DNA of 64,000 nt. Origin: an uncultured Ktedonobacterales bacterium (GTDB taxonomy: Bacteria > Chloroflexota > Ktedonobacteria > Ktedonobacterales > DATBGS01). Positions 17,542-27,900 of this stretch are shown piece by piece. The notes under the pieces are model-generated. The model saw only the letters and a list, made by a program, of their open reading frames with translations, was not told the DNA's origin and did not search any database. How positions within the stretch are numbered: the stretch's first letter is position 1; every line of letters starts with the position of its first letter. Both the position numbers and the translations under genes were made by a program. The stretch is from contig CAZFWN010000008.1 of NCBI GenBank assembly GCA_964522745.1, positions 5,203-69,202 of the forward strand, written 5' to 3'.

Positions 17542-19056
17542 ATGGAGGCTACTTTTCCCTTTTCGCCAGCCGAGCTGCGCGACAAGATTGGCCCGGCCTT
17601 TGTGCCCGCCTCGCTGGTAGTGCAGGACAATGCCGCGCTGTGGTGCGAAGCCGAGAGCCAGCAGCGGCGCCTTGCCATTCTGGCGCACCCGGAACATCCG
17701 CTATTTGTACGCTTTCCTGGCACTGTTGAGTGCTTTCAAGATGACTACTGCCTCCTTCGGTGTGTAGCAGATCAGAAGAGCGGGCGTTCCCTCCGCGCCG
17801 CGCTCTCCTGGCTGCATCCTACGCTCTTCGGGTTGGGCACGTCTGCCGGGTTTGGGGATCGCCTTGGGCTGGCAACGCCGGGGCATGTGCGCGCATTGCA
17901 GCGTGTGTTAGGCGAGAGAGCAGGCAGCAGCATCGCGCCGATCTTTGCCCAGCAATCGATTCGAGAGATGCAGCGCACCAACCGAACGCCAGAGGCGGTG
18001 CTGAGTGATGCCACCTGGGGCGCGTTTCAAGCTGGCTGGCGCGGCGTGGTGGGTGCGGATGCCGATCACCTCAAGACGTTCGATGATATTGACGCCTGCG
18101 CGAATGCAGGCTACAGCTTCTATACCATCGATCCCGGCGCGTATGTCGATAGCACAGCAGATGAAGCCCGGCCCGATGTCATCCAGCAAAAGCTGGGAGC
18201 GCTGCCCTGGGATGTGCTGGAAGATACATCCACTGATCTGATCCGGCGTTATGCCGGCCAAATCGTCAATCTGGAGAGCCAAAAAATCACCCTTGATGAT
18301 CTGTCGCTGGCGCGGGCGGCAGTAAAATATGGTGGAGCGGTGGCGCACGTCGCGCGGATGTATCGCCATCTGGCGAGCAAGGATAGTCCGTTTGAGCTAG
18401 AGGTCTCGGTGGATGAGACGGAGACGCCAACAACCTTCCAGGAGCATCTCTATATCGTCAGCGAACTCAAGCGCCTGGGCGTTCGTTGGGTCAGCCTGGC
18501 GCCGCGCTATAGTGGTCGCTTTGAGAAGGGTATCGAGTATATCGGCGATCTGGCCGCGCTGCGGCAGGAGTTGCAGGTGCATGCCGAGATTGCCCGTGCC
18601 CTGGGGCCGTATAAGCTGAGCCTGCATTCGGGTTCCGATAAGTTCTCCGTCTATCCGCTCATCAGCGAGGCGACGCGAGGCATGGTGCATCTCAAGACGG
18701 CGGGCACCAGCTATGTGGAGGCGCTGCGTGTGGTGGCACAGGTGGACCCCGCGCTCTTCCGCGAGATGGTGCGCTTCGCCTGCGAACGCTATCCGCAGGA
18801 TCGCGCCTCGTATCATGTCTCGGCAGAGGTCAGCCGTGTGCCTGATGTGTCGAAGTGCCCTGATGCGGCGCTAGAGCCGTTGATGGATGAGGTGAATACC
18901 CGCCAGGTGTTGCATGTGACCTTCGGCTCTGTGCTGGCAACGTTTGGCGATGCCCTGCGAGAGCGGTTATATTCGCATCAGAACACCTATGCAGAAATAT
19001 TGGAGCAGCATTTCTATCGGCATATCAAGCCATTTGCCGGATCAAGCAGGAAATGA
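17542..19056 (+). CDS. Tagaturonate/fructuronate epimerase (UxaE)-like protein
   Basis: 'SLHSGSDKFSVYPLI' and 'HLKTAGTSYVEAL' motifs as I recall them for the UxaE family. The ATG at 17542 has a GAGGGGG RBS, and the track start at 17443 overlaps iolB. Confidence 0.6.
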   Translation: MEATFPFSPAELRDKIGPAFVPASLVVQDNAALWCEAESQQRRLAILAHPEHPLFVRFPGTVECFQDDYCLLRCVADQKSGRSLRAALSWLHPTLFGLGTSAGFGDRLGLATPGHVRALQRVLGERAGSSIAPIFAQQSIREMQRTNRTPEAVLSDATWGAFQAGWRGVVGADADHLKTFDDIDACANAGYSFYTIDPGAYVDSTADEARPDVIQQKLGALPWDVLEDTSTDLIRRYAGQIVNLESQKITLDDLSLARAAVKYGGAVAHVARMYRHLASKDSPFELEVSVDETETPTTFQEHLYIVSELKRLGVRWVSLAPRYSGRFEKGIEYIGDLAALRQELQVHAEIARALGPYKLSLHSGSDKFSVYPLISEATRGMVHLKTAGTSYVEALRVVAQVDPALFREMVRFACERYPQDRASYHVSAEVSRVPDVSKCPDAALEPLMDEVNTRQVLHVTFGSVLATFGDALRERLYSHQNTYAEILEQHFYRHIKPFAGSSRK

Positions 19057-19904
19057 AAGAGGACATTGTGGGTGCGCAGGAACTCGTGCAGCAGCTTTTC
19101 TCGCTTCAGGGCCAGACCGCGCTGGTGACTGGCGGCAGCGGCGAACTTGGCAAAGCGCTGGCGAAATCGCTGGCGCTTGCGGGCGCAAAGGTCGCAATCA
19201 TGGGCCGGCGCGCCGAACCGTGCCAGCGCGTGGCTGAGGAGATTCGGGCGGCTGGCGGCCAGGCCATACCCATTGCCTGCGATGTGCTTGACCGCGCTGG
19301 GTTAGAGCGAGCGGCTGAGGAGATTACGAGAACCCTTGGCCCAGTGGAGATTCTGGTGAACGCTGCCGGTGGCAACCACCCGCAGGCAACTACTGCGGCA
19401 GAGCGGGCCTTCTTTGATCTGGACATTGAAGTGATGGAACAGGTCTTGAAGGGCAACTTTACCGGGGCCTTCCAGTGCTGCCAGGTCTTTGGGCGCGCAA
19501 TGGCAGCACGTGGGCAGGGCTGCATTATCAACATCGCTTCGATGAGCGGCATCCGCCCGTTGACCCGTATCCCTGCCTATAGCGCGGCCAAGGCTGCCCT
19601 GGCAAACTTCACACAATGGCTGGCGGTGCATATGGCCCAGGAGTATAGCGCGCGTATTCGCGTCAACGCCATTGCGCCGGGCTTTTTCTTAACCGAGCAG
19701 AATCGTTATTTGATGACGAATGCCCAGACCGGCGAGCCGACGCCGCGCGCCCAAACAATTCTGGCGCATACGCCGATGGGCCGGCTAGGCGCGCCCGATG
19801 ATTTGCAGGGGACACTGCTCTGGCTGGTCAGCCCGGCCTCGGTTTTTGTGACCGGCATCGTTGTCCCGGTGGACGGCGGCTTTTCGGCGTTCGGTGGCGT
19901 CTAG
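19053..19904 (+). CDS. SDR family oxidoreductase (sugar-acid dehydrogenase-like)
   Basis: 'LVTGGSGELGKA' and 'YSAAKAA'. The start overlaps the upstream stop (ATGA). Confidence 0.85.
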   Translation: MKEDIVGAQELVQQLFSLQGQTALVTGGSGELGKALAKSLALAGAKVAIMGRRAEPCQRVAEEIRAAGGQAIPIACDVLDRAGLERAAEEITRTLGPVEILVNAAGGNHPQATTAAERAFFDLDIEVMEQVLKGNFTGAFQCCQVFGRAMAARGQGCIINIASMSGIRPLTRIPAYSAAKAALANFTQWLAVHMAQEYSARIRVNAIAPGFFLTEQNRYLMTNAQTGEPTPRAQTILAHTPMGRLGAPDDLQGTLLWLVSPASVFVTGIVVPVDGGFSAFGGV

Positions 19905-19921
19905 CGGCTGGAGATACGATC

Positions 19922-21184
19922 ATGGTGACTGGATCAGGCTCAACCACACAGACGATAACACCCGACGAGGTCCAGCAGTTACTCGCCCAGGCGTTTGATT
20001 CGCTCGCCCTTGATGGCAAGCGGGTGCTGGTGATTATTCCCGATAGCACGCGCACCGCGCCCATCCCGCTGCTGTTTCGTCTGCTCTACGCGCAGCTTGG
20101 GCAGCGGGTGGCCCGCCTGGATTATTTGATTGCCCTGGGGACGCATCCACATATGTCGGAGGAAGCCATTGACCGGCTGGTGGGCGTGAACACGGGCGAG
20201 CGGGCGGCAGAGTATCCCAAATCGCGTATTTTCAATCATCGCTGGGACCAGCCGGCGGCGTTGCAAACGATTGGCGTTATCGCACGGGAAGAGGCCGCCC
20301 CGCTGACCGATGGCCTGCTGGTAGACGAAGTGCCTGTGACGCTGAACCGGCTGATCTGTGATTACGATCAACTGTTCATCTGCGGGCCGGTCTTTCCGCA
20401 CGAGGTCGCTGGCTTTTCCGGCGGCGCCAAATATCTCTTTCCGGGCATTGCCGGGCCGGACATTATCAACTTCACCCACTGGCTGGGCGCGCTGGTGACC
20501 AGTATGCACACGATTGGCATCAAGGATACGCCGGTGCGCCGGGTGATTCATCGCGCAGCCGAGTTTGTCAATCGTCCGCTGCTCTGCCTGGCGCTGGTGA
20601 TGCAGCGCGAGGAGTTGCGCGGCCTGTATATCGGGCCGCATGTTGAGGCGTTCAATGCCGCCGCCGATCTTTCCGCGCAGTTAAATATCATTACGGTGCC
20701 GCGTGCCGTTCACCGGGTACTCTCCATGCCCTCCACGCAATACGATGACCTTTGGACGGCGGCCAAGGCGATGTATAAGACCGAGCCGGCGATTGCCGAT
20801 GGTGGCGAAGTGATTATCTACGCGCCGCATCTCACGGAGATTTCCTATACGCATGGCAAGCTGATCGATCAGGTAGGCTATCATGTGCGCGATTATTTTC
20901 TCAAACAGTGGGAGCGTTTCAAAGACGTGCCAGGCACCATCCTGGCGCACAGCACGCATGTCAAAGGCATGGGAACCTATGACCGCGCCAGTGGCATCGA
21001 GACCCCGCGCATTCAGGTAACGCTGGCGACAGCGATCCCAGAGGAGCGCTGCCGCAAGGTGAATCTGGGGTATCTCGATTACCGCGAGATCGACCCGCAG
21101 ACCTGGGCTGGTCGGGAGAGTGAAGGTATCTTGCTGGTGCCGCATGCTGGCGAGATGCTCTATCGCGCGCAGGACATGCGTTAA
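19922..21184 (+). CDS. LarA-like (lactate racemase / DUF2088) nickel-pincer-dependent racemase/epimerase homologue
   Basis: 'VLVIIPDSTR', 'ALGTHPH' and 'PHEVAGFSGGAKYLFPG...NFTH', with His/Lys/His spacing as in LarA. Confidence 0.75.
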   Translation: MVTGSGSTTQTITPDEVQQLLAQAFDSLALDGKRVLVIIPDSTRTAPIPLLFRLLYAQLGQRVARLDYLIALGTHPHMSEEAIDRLVGVNTGERAAEYPKSRIFNHRWDQPAALQTIGVIAREEAAPLTDGLLVDEVPVTLNRLICDYDQLFICGPVFPHEVAGFSGGAKYLFPGIAGPDIINFTHWLGALVTSMHTIGIKDTPVRRVIHRAAEFVNRPLLCLALVMQREELRGLYIGPHVEAFNAAADLSAQLNIITVPRAVHRVLSMPSTQYDDLWTAAKAMYKTEPAIADGGEVIIYAPHLTEISYTHGKLIDQVGYHVRDYFLKQWERFKDVPGTILAHSTHVKGMGTYDRASGIETPRIQVTLATAIPEERCRKVNLGYLDYREIDPQTWAGRESEGILLVPHAGEMLYRAQDMR

Positions 21185-21218
21185 GGCCATCTTATAAGTC
21201 AAGGAGGGAGGAACTCGT

Positions 21219-21977
21219 ATGCAGATTGATCTGGCTGGCAAGACCGCGCTGGTAACCGGCGGCAATATTGGCATTGGGCGCGCCATCTCGCTGGCCCTGG
21301 CCGCAGCCGGGGCTGATGTTGCCTTAACCTACCTCTCGCATGATAGTAATGAGACGGTTGAAAAAATTCAGTCCTTTGGGAGGACTGGCCTTGCCTTGCG
21401 TTTGGACGCCACTAAAAGCGATGAGGTGAACAAGACGGTTGCCAGGGCAGCGGACGCGCTAGGCGGGCGCATCGATATTCTGGTAAATAATGCCGGGGGG
21501 CTGATCGGGCGCTCGCGCATTGCCGAGATGAGCGATGACCTCTGGCATCAGGTGATAAATGTCAACCTGACCAGCACATTCTATTGCACGCGGGCCGTTT
21601 TGCCCTATATGGCCTCTGGCTGGGGACGCATTGTGAATAATGGCTCGATAGCCGGTCATCATGGCGGCGGCCCCGGCGCGGTGGCGTATTCTGCTGCTAA
21701 AGCGGCTATCCACACCTTCACACGCGGGCTGGCAAAAGAGTTGGCGCCGCAAGGTATTACAGTGAATGCCATTGCGCCTGGGCTGATTCTAGAAACGCCC
21801 TTTCACGAGACCTTTAGCACCCAGGAAACTATCCAGGCGGCCATTGCCCAGATCGCGCTCAAGCGCGGTGGTACGCCGGAAGATGTGGCCGGAGCCGTGC
21901 TGTATCTGGTCTCCGACCTGGCCTCGTTCGTCACTGGCGAGGTGGCCGAGATCAACGGCGGCGCCTGGTTTGCCTAG
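21219..21977 (+). CDS. SDR family oxidoreductase (FabG/KduD-like)
   Basis: 'LVTGGNIGIGRA', 'NNAGG' and 'YSAAKAA'. Strong AAGGAGGGAGG RBS. Confidence 0.85.
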   Translation: MQIDLAGKTALVTGGNIGIGRAISLALAAAGADVALTYLSHDSNETVEKIQSFGRTGLALRLDATKSDEVNKTVARAADALGGRIDILVNNAGGLIGRSRIAEMSDDLWHQVINVNLTSTFYCTRAVLPYMASGWGRIVNNGSIAGHHGGGPGAVAYSAAKAAIHTFTRGLAKELAPQGITVNAIAPGLILETPFHETFSTQETIQAAIAQIALKRGGTPEDVAGAVLYLVSDLASFVTGEVAEINGGAWFA

Positions 21978-22022
21978 CCAGGCAGGTTGGGAGAGCAGAG
22001 ACCATTTGCACGTCTCTCCAAT

Positions 22023-22691
22023 TCATGGCCGGCTGGCAACAAGCGCACTCATCATGCCGCGAATGAACTCGATCTCATCCTGATTCACGGTATGGCCCAT
22101 TGCTGGATAGAGCCGCTCAGTGACGCTCCCGCCCAATCGCCGGAACACCTCAGTCGTAAGCTGCACCCGCTCTTTGGGGATGTGTGGATCGACATCGCTG
22201 CAACCGATAAAGGCAGGTGTTTCCTGGAGCGAGCCAGGATATCTGCGCGGCGTGTCCTCTGGACCAATCAACCCACCGCTCAGGCCGACCACCCCGCCGT
22301 AGCGCCGGGCGTGGCGCGCGACAAATTCGAGCATGAGGCAGGCACCCTGGGAGAAGCCCAGCAAGATCGTTCGCTCAGTAGAGAAGCCGGCTGCGGCCAG
22401 ATAATCAAGGGCGCCGGCAATCGTTGCCAGCCCTGATGAAAGGCCAGGCTCATTGCTGCTTAGGGGAGCGAGGAAGGGATAGGGATACCAGCTATTCCCG
22501 CTCGCCTGGGGCGCCAGGTAGGCAAAGCCAGGCTGCGCCAATTCTGCGGCCAGCTCTAGAATGTTGGCTGCTGTTGCGCCACGTCCGTGAAGCAGAACCA
22601 TCGTGGCCTGGGCGGATGTCAGCGGCTCGCCAGCCATAAGTATCGGCTGGTCCTGGTGTGGCCCTGGCGCGGTGTTGATGAAGCTGCTCAC
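22023..22691 (-). CDS. Alpha/beta hydrolase, phospholipase/carboxylesterase family
   Basis: 'MVLLHGRGA', nucleophile elbow 'GFSQGA', and a C-terminal 'GHTV' His. Confidence 0.75.
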   Translation of the reverse strand: MSSFINTAPGPHQDQPILMAGEPLTSAQATMVLLHGRGATAANILELAAELAQPGFAYLAPQASGNSWYPYPFLAPLSSNEPGLSSGLATIAGALDYLAAAGFSTERTILLGFSQGACLMLEFVARHARRYGGVVGLSGGLIGPEDTPRRYPGSLQETPAFIGCSDVDPHIPKERVQLTTEVFRRLGGSVTERLYPAMGHTVNQDEIEFIRGMMSALVASRP

Positions 22692-22717
22692 AGACGGTTT
22701 CCCTTTCTCCGATCAGT

Positions 22718-23338
22718 TCACGACTGCTCGCTTGCGGCGCCAGAGAGCATCTGGCGAATCTCCCGCGCCACCTGCTCAGGCGCGCCCGGATGTGCCTGTA
22801 CCCAGGGCTGGGCGCCGGACAGGTCATCTGGTAGAAACACGTCAGCAACCGGCTGGAAACCAGCAAGGAACATACCCTTTTGTGAGGCGAGGTTATCGCT
22901 GTCGGCGCCAATCCATACCCGGCAGAGTCCCTCGGCTCGCAGGTCACGAAGCGTGTACCCCAGGAGCGCGGGATAGAGGCGCTGCCCACGATAGGCGGGG
23001 AAGGTGGCGCAGTCCCAGATGTAGGCTTCGCCTGGCGCGAGGCGCAGGCGAAGCCCTAGTTCGCCAATGACCTCTTCATCAAAACTGACCCAGCCATAGC
23101 TCGCAAGGGCACCCGCGACGCTGGCGATGTAACAGCGCCGCCCCCGCGCAAAACGTTGCAGCACGGGAGCGGCATCTGTCAGGCCCATTGCCTGGGCAAG
23201 CAGCGTGGCTGCCTCCGGGCCAACACGCTCAAAGGCTGTCGGCACGGAGGGCAGGCCCACATCTGGGAGAGGCTCGTCGAGATGGAGCATCCAGAACGTG
23301 CCGACGGGTGCTGATGCAGCCTTGGAGGCAGAGGTCAT
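22718..23338 (-). CDS. GNAT family N-acetyltransferase
   Basis: Acetyl-CoA-binding-type 'YRGQRLYPALLGYTL' segment. The start overlaps the upstream VOC stop. Confidence 0.7.
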   Translation of the reverse strand: MTSASKAASAPVGTFWMLHLDEPLPDVGLPSVPTAFERVGPEAATLLAQAMGLTDAAPVLQRFARGRRCYIASVAGALASYGWVSFDEEVIGELGLRLRLAPGEAYIWDCATFPAYRGQRLYPALLGYTLRDLRAEGLCRVWIGADSDNLASQKGMFLAGFQPVADVFLPDDLSGAQPWVQAHPGAPEQVAREIRQMLSGAASEQS

Positions 23339-23925
23339 CTCGTTGGTGCCTCCGCTGTGGTAGCCTCTGCTGTGGTGAGGGAAGGGGCTTTCCGCGCTGT
23401 CAGTTCAGCAATCGCGTCGGCCAGATGAGCGTCCGCGATGGCATACGCGCCAGCGGCTACGCGCAGACGATGCGCGGTGCTGAGGACATCGGCAACGCTG
23501 TAGCCCGCTGGCGGCACAAATTTATAGCAAGCCATCTCAAGCAACTGCCCATTGGGGTCACGGAAGTAGATGGAGTCCATAAAGCCGCGATCAATCTCTC
23601 CCGTGTTCCAGATGCCACGCTCGTTGAGCCGTTTGGCAACCTGCGTGTAGACGGCCCGCGAGACGGTAAATGCCAGGTGGTGAAGGTTCCCGATCCCTTC
23701 AGGATTGGGCGTGGAGTCGTTGGCCCGCGACGGGCGCACAAAAAACGTAATCAGCCGTCCATCGCCGGTATCGAAGTAAAGGTGTTCTTCTTCGGGAACG
23801 TCCAGGTTGGGCTGGTCCATGACCAGCGGCATCCCCAGCACGCCCTGATAGAAGCTAATGATCGCCTCGCGGTTCGAGCCGACGAAGGTGATGTGGTGAA
23901 TACCCTGTGCCTGAATGGCGGTCAT
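23335..23925 (-). CDS. VOC (glyoxalase/bleomycin-resistance/dioxygenase) family protein
   Basis: 'GIHHITFVGSNREAIISFYQGVLGM' and a second 'HHLAFTV' module. The ATG at 23925 has GGAGG 6 nt upstream, so the track extension to 24087 is rejected. Confidence 0.8.
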   Translation of the reverse strand: MTAIQAQGIHHITFVGSNREAIISFYQGVLGMPLVMDQPNLDVPEEEHLYFDTGDGRLITFFVRPSRANDSTPNPEGIGNLHHLAFTVSRAVYTQVAKRLNERGIWNTGEIDRGFMDSIYFRDPNGQLLEMACYKFVPPAGYSVADVLSTAHRLRVAAGAYAIADAHLADAIAELTARKAPSLTTAEATTAEAPTR

Positions 23926-23980
23926 AACTGTCCTCCACGCGCCCCTGAAGCGGGTCTTCAGCGCTTTGCTGCTGATAATA

Positions 23981-24805
23981 TCATATCCTGAAAAACAGGT
24001 GCCGGATTTTATCAACCACCTGCGGGTCGCCGCTGGTCTCGCCGCCAGGGAAGCGCTGGAAGGTGGTGAGGACAAAATCTGAGGCATTGTTGAAGTGGAA
24101 CAGCGCGTGCATGCCGGTGAGGTCGCTGGTGGCTTCCGAGGTATACTGGCCGTCTTTGACGGTCACACGCCACTGGCCGCCCCATTCGCCGTCCACCTTG
24201 ACGCCAAAGGTGGTATCCAGCCCGCGAGCCGATTGCTCGTCCACTGTGACCTGCATCAGAATAAACATATAGGGCACGAGGACGCCTGCGGTGCGCTCAT
24301 CTAGCTTCGCGTCTTTCTGGCCCAGCCCCCACTTCATGTCCCAGGTATGGACGCCGTAGTCCATGACATGGAAGGCAGGATAAAACAGGGTGGGCAGCGG
24401 TCCCATATAGGGGTGCGGAACATTGAATCCTCCCCACTCTTCGGCAGTCAGCGAGTCAAAGATCGCCAGCATCTTCTCAGAGTCCGCTTTGAGTCGGGAG
24501 ATCACTTCTTCACGCGGCAGCTTGCGGAATTTCTGGGCTTCCTCATTGAGCCGCTCCCCCATGACCAGCAGCCCCAATGCGGGCGCCGTTTCGCCTTTGC
24601 GCGCCACGTCCCAGCGCGCCAGGTAGCCCTCGGTCACATCAATCATGTGACCGGCAATGTCACGCACTTCCCACTCATCGCAGCGGGTTTGCACCTGCCA
24701 GTTCTTGGGATCGTCAATGATCTTGAAGAAGTCGGCCCGCTCGGTGCGAACCACATCCAGGACGGTTGACTTGCCGCTGTAATCCATCGAATTGATTGGT
24801 GCCAT
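23981..24805 (-). CDS. DinB / mycothiol-dependent maleylpyruvate isomerase N-terminal domain family protein
   Basis: 'W...TRCDEWEVRDIAGHMIDVTEGY' is the typical MDMPI_N pattern. Start set at the internal ATG, with modest confidence. Confidence 0.7.
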   Translation of the reverse strand: MAPINSMDYSGKSTVLDVVRTERADFFKIIDDPKNWQVQTRCDEWEVRDIAGHMIDVTEGYLARWDVARKGETAPALGLLVMGERLNEEAQKFRKLPREEVISRLKADSEKMLAIFDSLTAEEWGGFNVPHPYMGPLPTLFYPAFHVMDYGVHTWDMKWGLGQKDAKLDERTAGVLVPYMFILMQVTVDEQSARGLDTTFGVKVDGEWGGQWRVTVKDGQYTSEATSDLTGMHALFHFNNASDFVLTTFQRFPGGETSGDPQVVDKIRHLFFRI

Positions 24806-24934
24806 CGGGAGATACCTGCCTTTCAAGGTGAGCGCAACAGCGTATCCGGCATGCCTCCTCATTGGGGCAGACCATCAATCAAAGTATAGCGGGGCGGCGT
24901 CACTCAATCGTCATTGTGCGCGTCATCGCTGCCA

Positions 24935-27900
24935 TCACACCAGAAAACGTTGCAAAGCGGCCAGTTCAGCGTGCGCGTTGTGAGCGGCAAACGTTTCGCT
25001 GGCGTCGGCGAGCAGGACGCGCCCGTTATGCGTGGGCAACCGGGAAAGAAGCAGCGCTTCGCCCCAGGCGGCTTGCGTGCGCGCGCTTTCAAGGGGCAGG
25101 TGAAGCTTCGTCGCGCGTTCTAAGGTGGCCGCAAAGAGGGCGTTGGCAGTAGACCATTCATCACGTGCAGCCAGGAGGCGCGCCTGGAGACGCTCGCCCT
25201 GGATGATAAGCAGCACGCGGTTTTGCCCGCGCGCGGTAGTCAGGGCCGCGTCAAGGTGAGACTGTGCCTCGCGTAGATGCTCCCGCTCAGTACGTGTTTC
25301 GGCCAGCCAGAGTTGAAGGCGGGCGCGCAAATGCCAGTAGCCGCGCTCAGCGATGAGTGTCAGCGCCTCCTCTAGCAGCGCCGTTGCCCGCTCAAGGTCG
25401 CGCTGCCCGCGTACAGCCAGCGCCAGTCCGCCGCAATACCCGGCCTGCCGTTCGATATGGCCCAACCCTTCGGCCAGAAGCAGGCCATGCTGAAAAGACT
25501 CAGTGGCTGCTGCCCATTCGCCTGTATACAGGAAGAGTTCTCCCTGCGTACTCAAGAGATGCAGCAGCGCTCCAAGCAGCCCGTAGGTCTCAGCCAGTTT
25601 CAATCCCTCGGCGAGCGCTCGCCGGGCTTCTTCGCTGCGGCCAAGCAAGAGACTATGGTACGCAAAATTGTTCTGAGCCAGGGCACGAAAGTAGTGGACA
25701 TGCGCAGTTGAGGCCAGGTGGGCGGCTTCTGCATAAAAGTCCAGGGCGCGTTGGAGTTCGCCCCGTTGCGCGGCCACGTTGCCAAGCTCAAAGATCGTGG
25801 CGCAGAGATCGCTGTGATTGTTGGCTCGCCGGTGGGCAGCGGCGGCTTTCTGGAGGTGCTGCTCTGCGGCGGGAAGATCGCTTCCCTCCATTGCTACCGC
25901 AGCGCCAAGGAGCCGGTGGCCGCGTGCCGCTAACTCGTCGTGCTCCGTTGCTTCAAGCGCTGCGCAGACGTTCAGACCAGCCGTAGCGGCTGAGATGGCT
26001 GTCAGGTAATCGGTGAGGACGAGCGCGCGCTCTCCGATTTCAAAATGGGCTGTTGCCTGCAAGGAGCAGTCGGCAGCCTGGGAGGCCAGGGCGAGGTGCT
26101 GCTGCTGAAAGTCGGCGGCCAGTTCAAGCTGGCCCAGCGATTGATGGACCTGGCCGAGCGCGCGGGTCAGTAAGAGTCGTTCCTCCAGCGAGGCCGTCGG
26201 AGCCAGCAGATCGTAGAGGTGATGAAGGAAATCGGCGGTCTCCGCGCCTGGGTCGTCCTGGGTTAATTCGGCCAATACCTCTAGCCCATAGCGGCGGGCG
26301 CGCTCGGCGTCCTCGCCGGCGACGGCGTGCAAGGCCATCTGGCGCAGCGGAAGAACCCGCTGAAGCGCCGGGCAGTGTTCGACGACTTCTGCAAGTTGAC
26401 GATGAATAGAACGGCGTCGCAGGTGGCTGAGCCGATGAACCAGCGTCTCGCGCAGCAGATGATGAGTCAAGACCACCATGTCTCCAGGGGCTTCGGCGAT
26501 CCAGCCGCGTGCCAGTACGTCATCTAGCAGCGGCAAGAGATCATCAGCCGGTATGCCGGGGAAATCGCGCAGCAGCGCGAGCGGGAGTGGCTGGTTGGCA
26601 ACGGCCAGCACTTCGAGCAGGCGTTGTGCTGCGGCAGAGAGGTCGGCCAGACGCCAGGCCAGCAGATCATGGATGGTCTGGGGTAATGTGCGGACCATCC
26701 GCCAGCGCAGCCAGCGCCCTCTATCGAGCTGCCATCTCTCGCCAACCGGGGCAAGCATACCTTCACTGCGCAGTTGCGCCATGATTTCCAGCAAGATGAA
26801 CGGGCTGCCGCCTGAGCGTTCATGGAGCCACTCAGAGAGTGCGGCGGCTGAAGCCGGGCTAACTCCTGATGATAGGAGAAATTGGGTTACTTCTTCTAAG
26901 GTCAGGGGAGCAAGCGACAACAGATGGACATCCCCGTGCCGGCTTCCAGCCAGAACCAGCCGTTGTAGTGCTGGAATGGCCTCGGCGCGCTGAACGGTGC
27001 CTACCAGCATGACCGGCAAATTGCGCAGGCGTGTGGCAAGGAAGCCAAAAAGCTGAAGGGTGGAACTATTCGCCCAGTGCAGATCATCAATCGTGAGGAG
27101 CAGCGGCGTATCCTGGCTGAGCAGGCGCAGCGCCTGCAAGACGCGCCAGAGAAAACTGCTGCGGTCATCTGGCCCAATTGGCTGCGTCTGGTTCAGCAGA
27201 TCGCTCAGGTCTCCTGGCCCGGCGTTCTGAAAGGCATCGAGGAATGGGCCGTAGGAGAGCAGATCATCAAAGGGCGAGCAAGACCCCTGCAACACGATCC
27301 AGGGTGAGGGGCTTGCTGACAATCGGCTGACGAACTCATCAAGAAGGCGGCTCTTGCCACTGCCATCCTCTCCCTGGACCAAAACGGCCACGCCATGCCC
27401 GGCGAGCGCAGCCTGGCTCAGCTTGAGGAGGGTGTTGAGTGACTCGGTGCGCCCAACGAAAGGCGTACTCTGGGCGGAGCGTTCTGAAAAGCGAGCGGCT
27501 GTTTTGGCGCGTGCAGGCAGGACTCGCTGTGGCTTGAGCGCCTCTTGAATGAGCGTCTGAGTTTCGCGGGACGGCGCAATGCCTAATTCCTGACGCAGTT
27601 CGGCCTCGAAGCGTTGATACTGGCGCAGCGCTGCACCAGGAGTTGCAGCACGAAGATATAGACCGATCAGCCGCCGCTGGGTTTCTTCGGCCAGTGGGTC
27701 AACCTGGATCACGCGCTGGAGGTAGCTGATGGCGTCGTTCCATGCCTGGCGCTCTTCCGCGCTGGCGGCCAGATGGCTAAGCGCCTGCAAGTACGACTGG
27801 CTGAGTTCATTGCGGGCGAGACGCAGCCATTCCTCAAAGAGAGGAGCATCAGCGAGCATAAAACCCTGGAGCAGCGGTCCACGATGCAGGGCGGCGGCTT

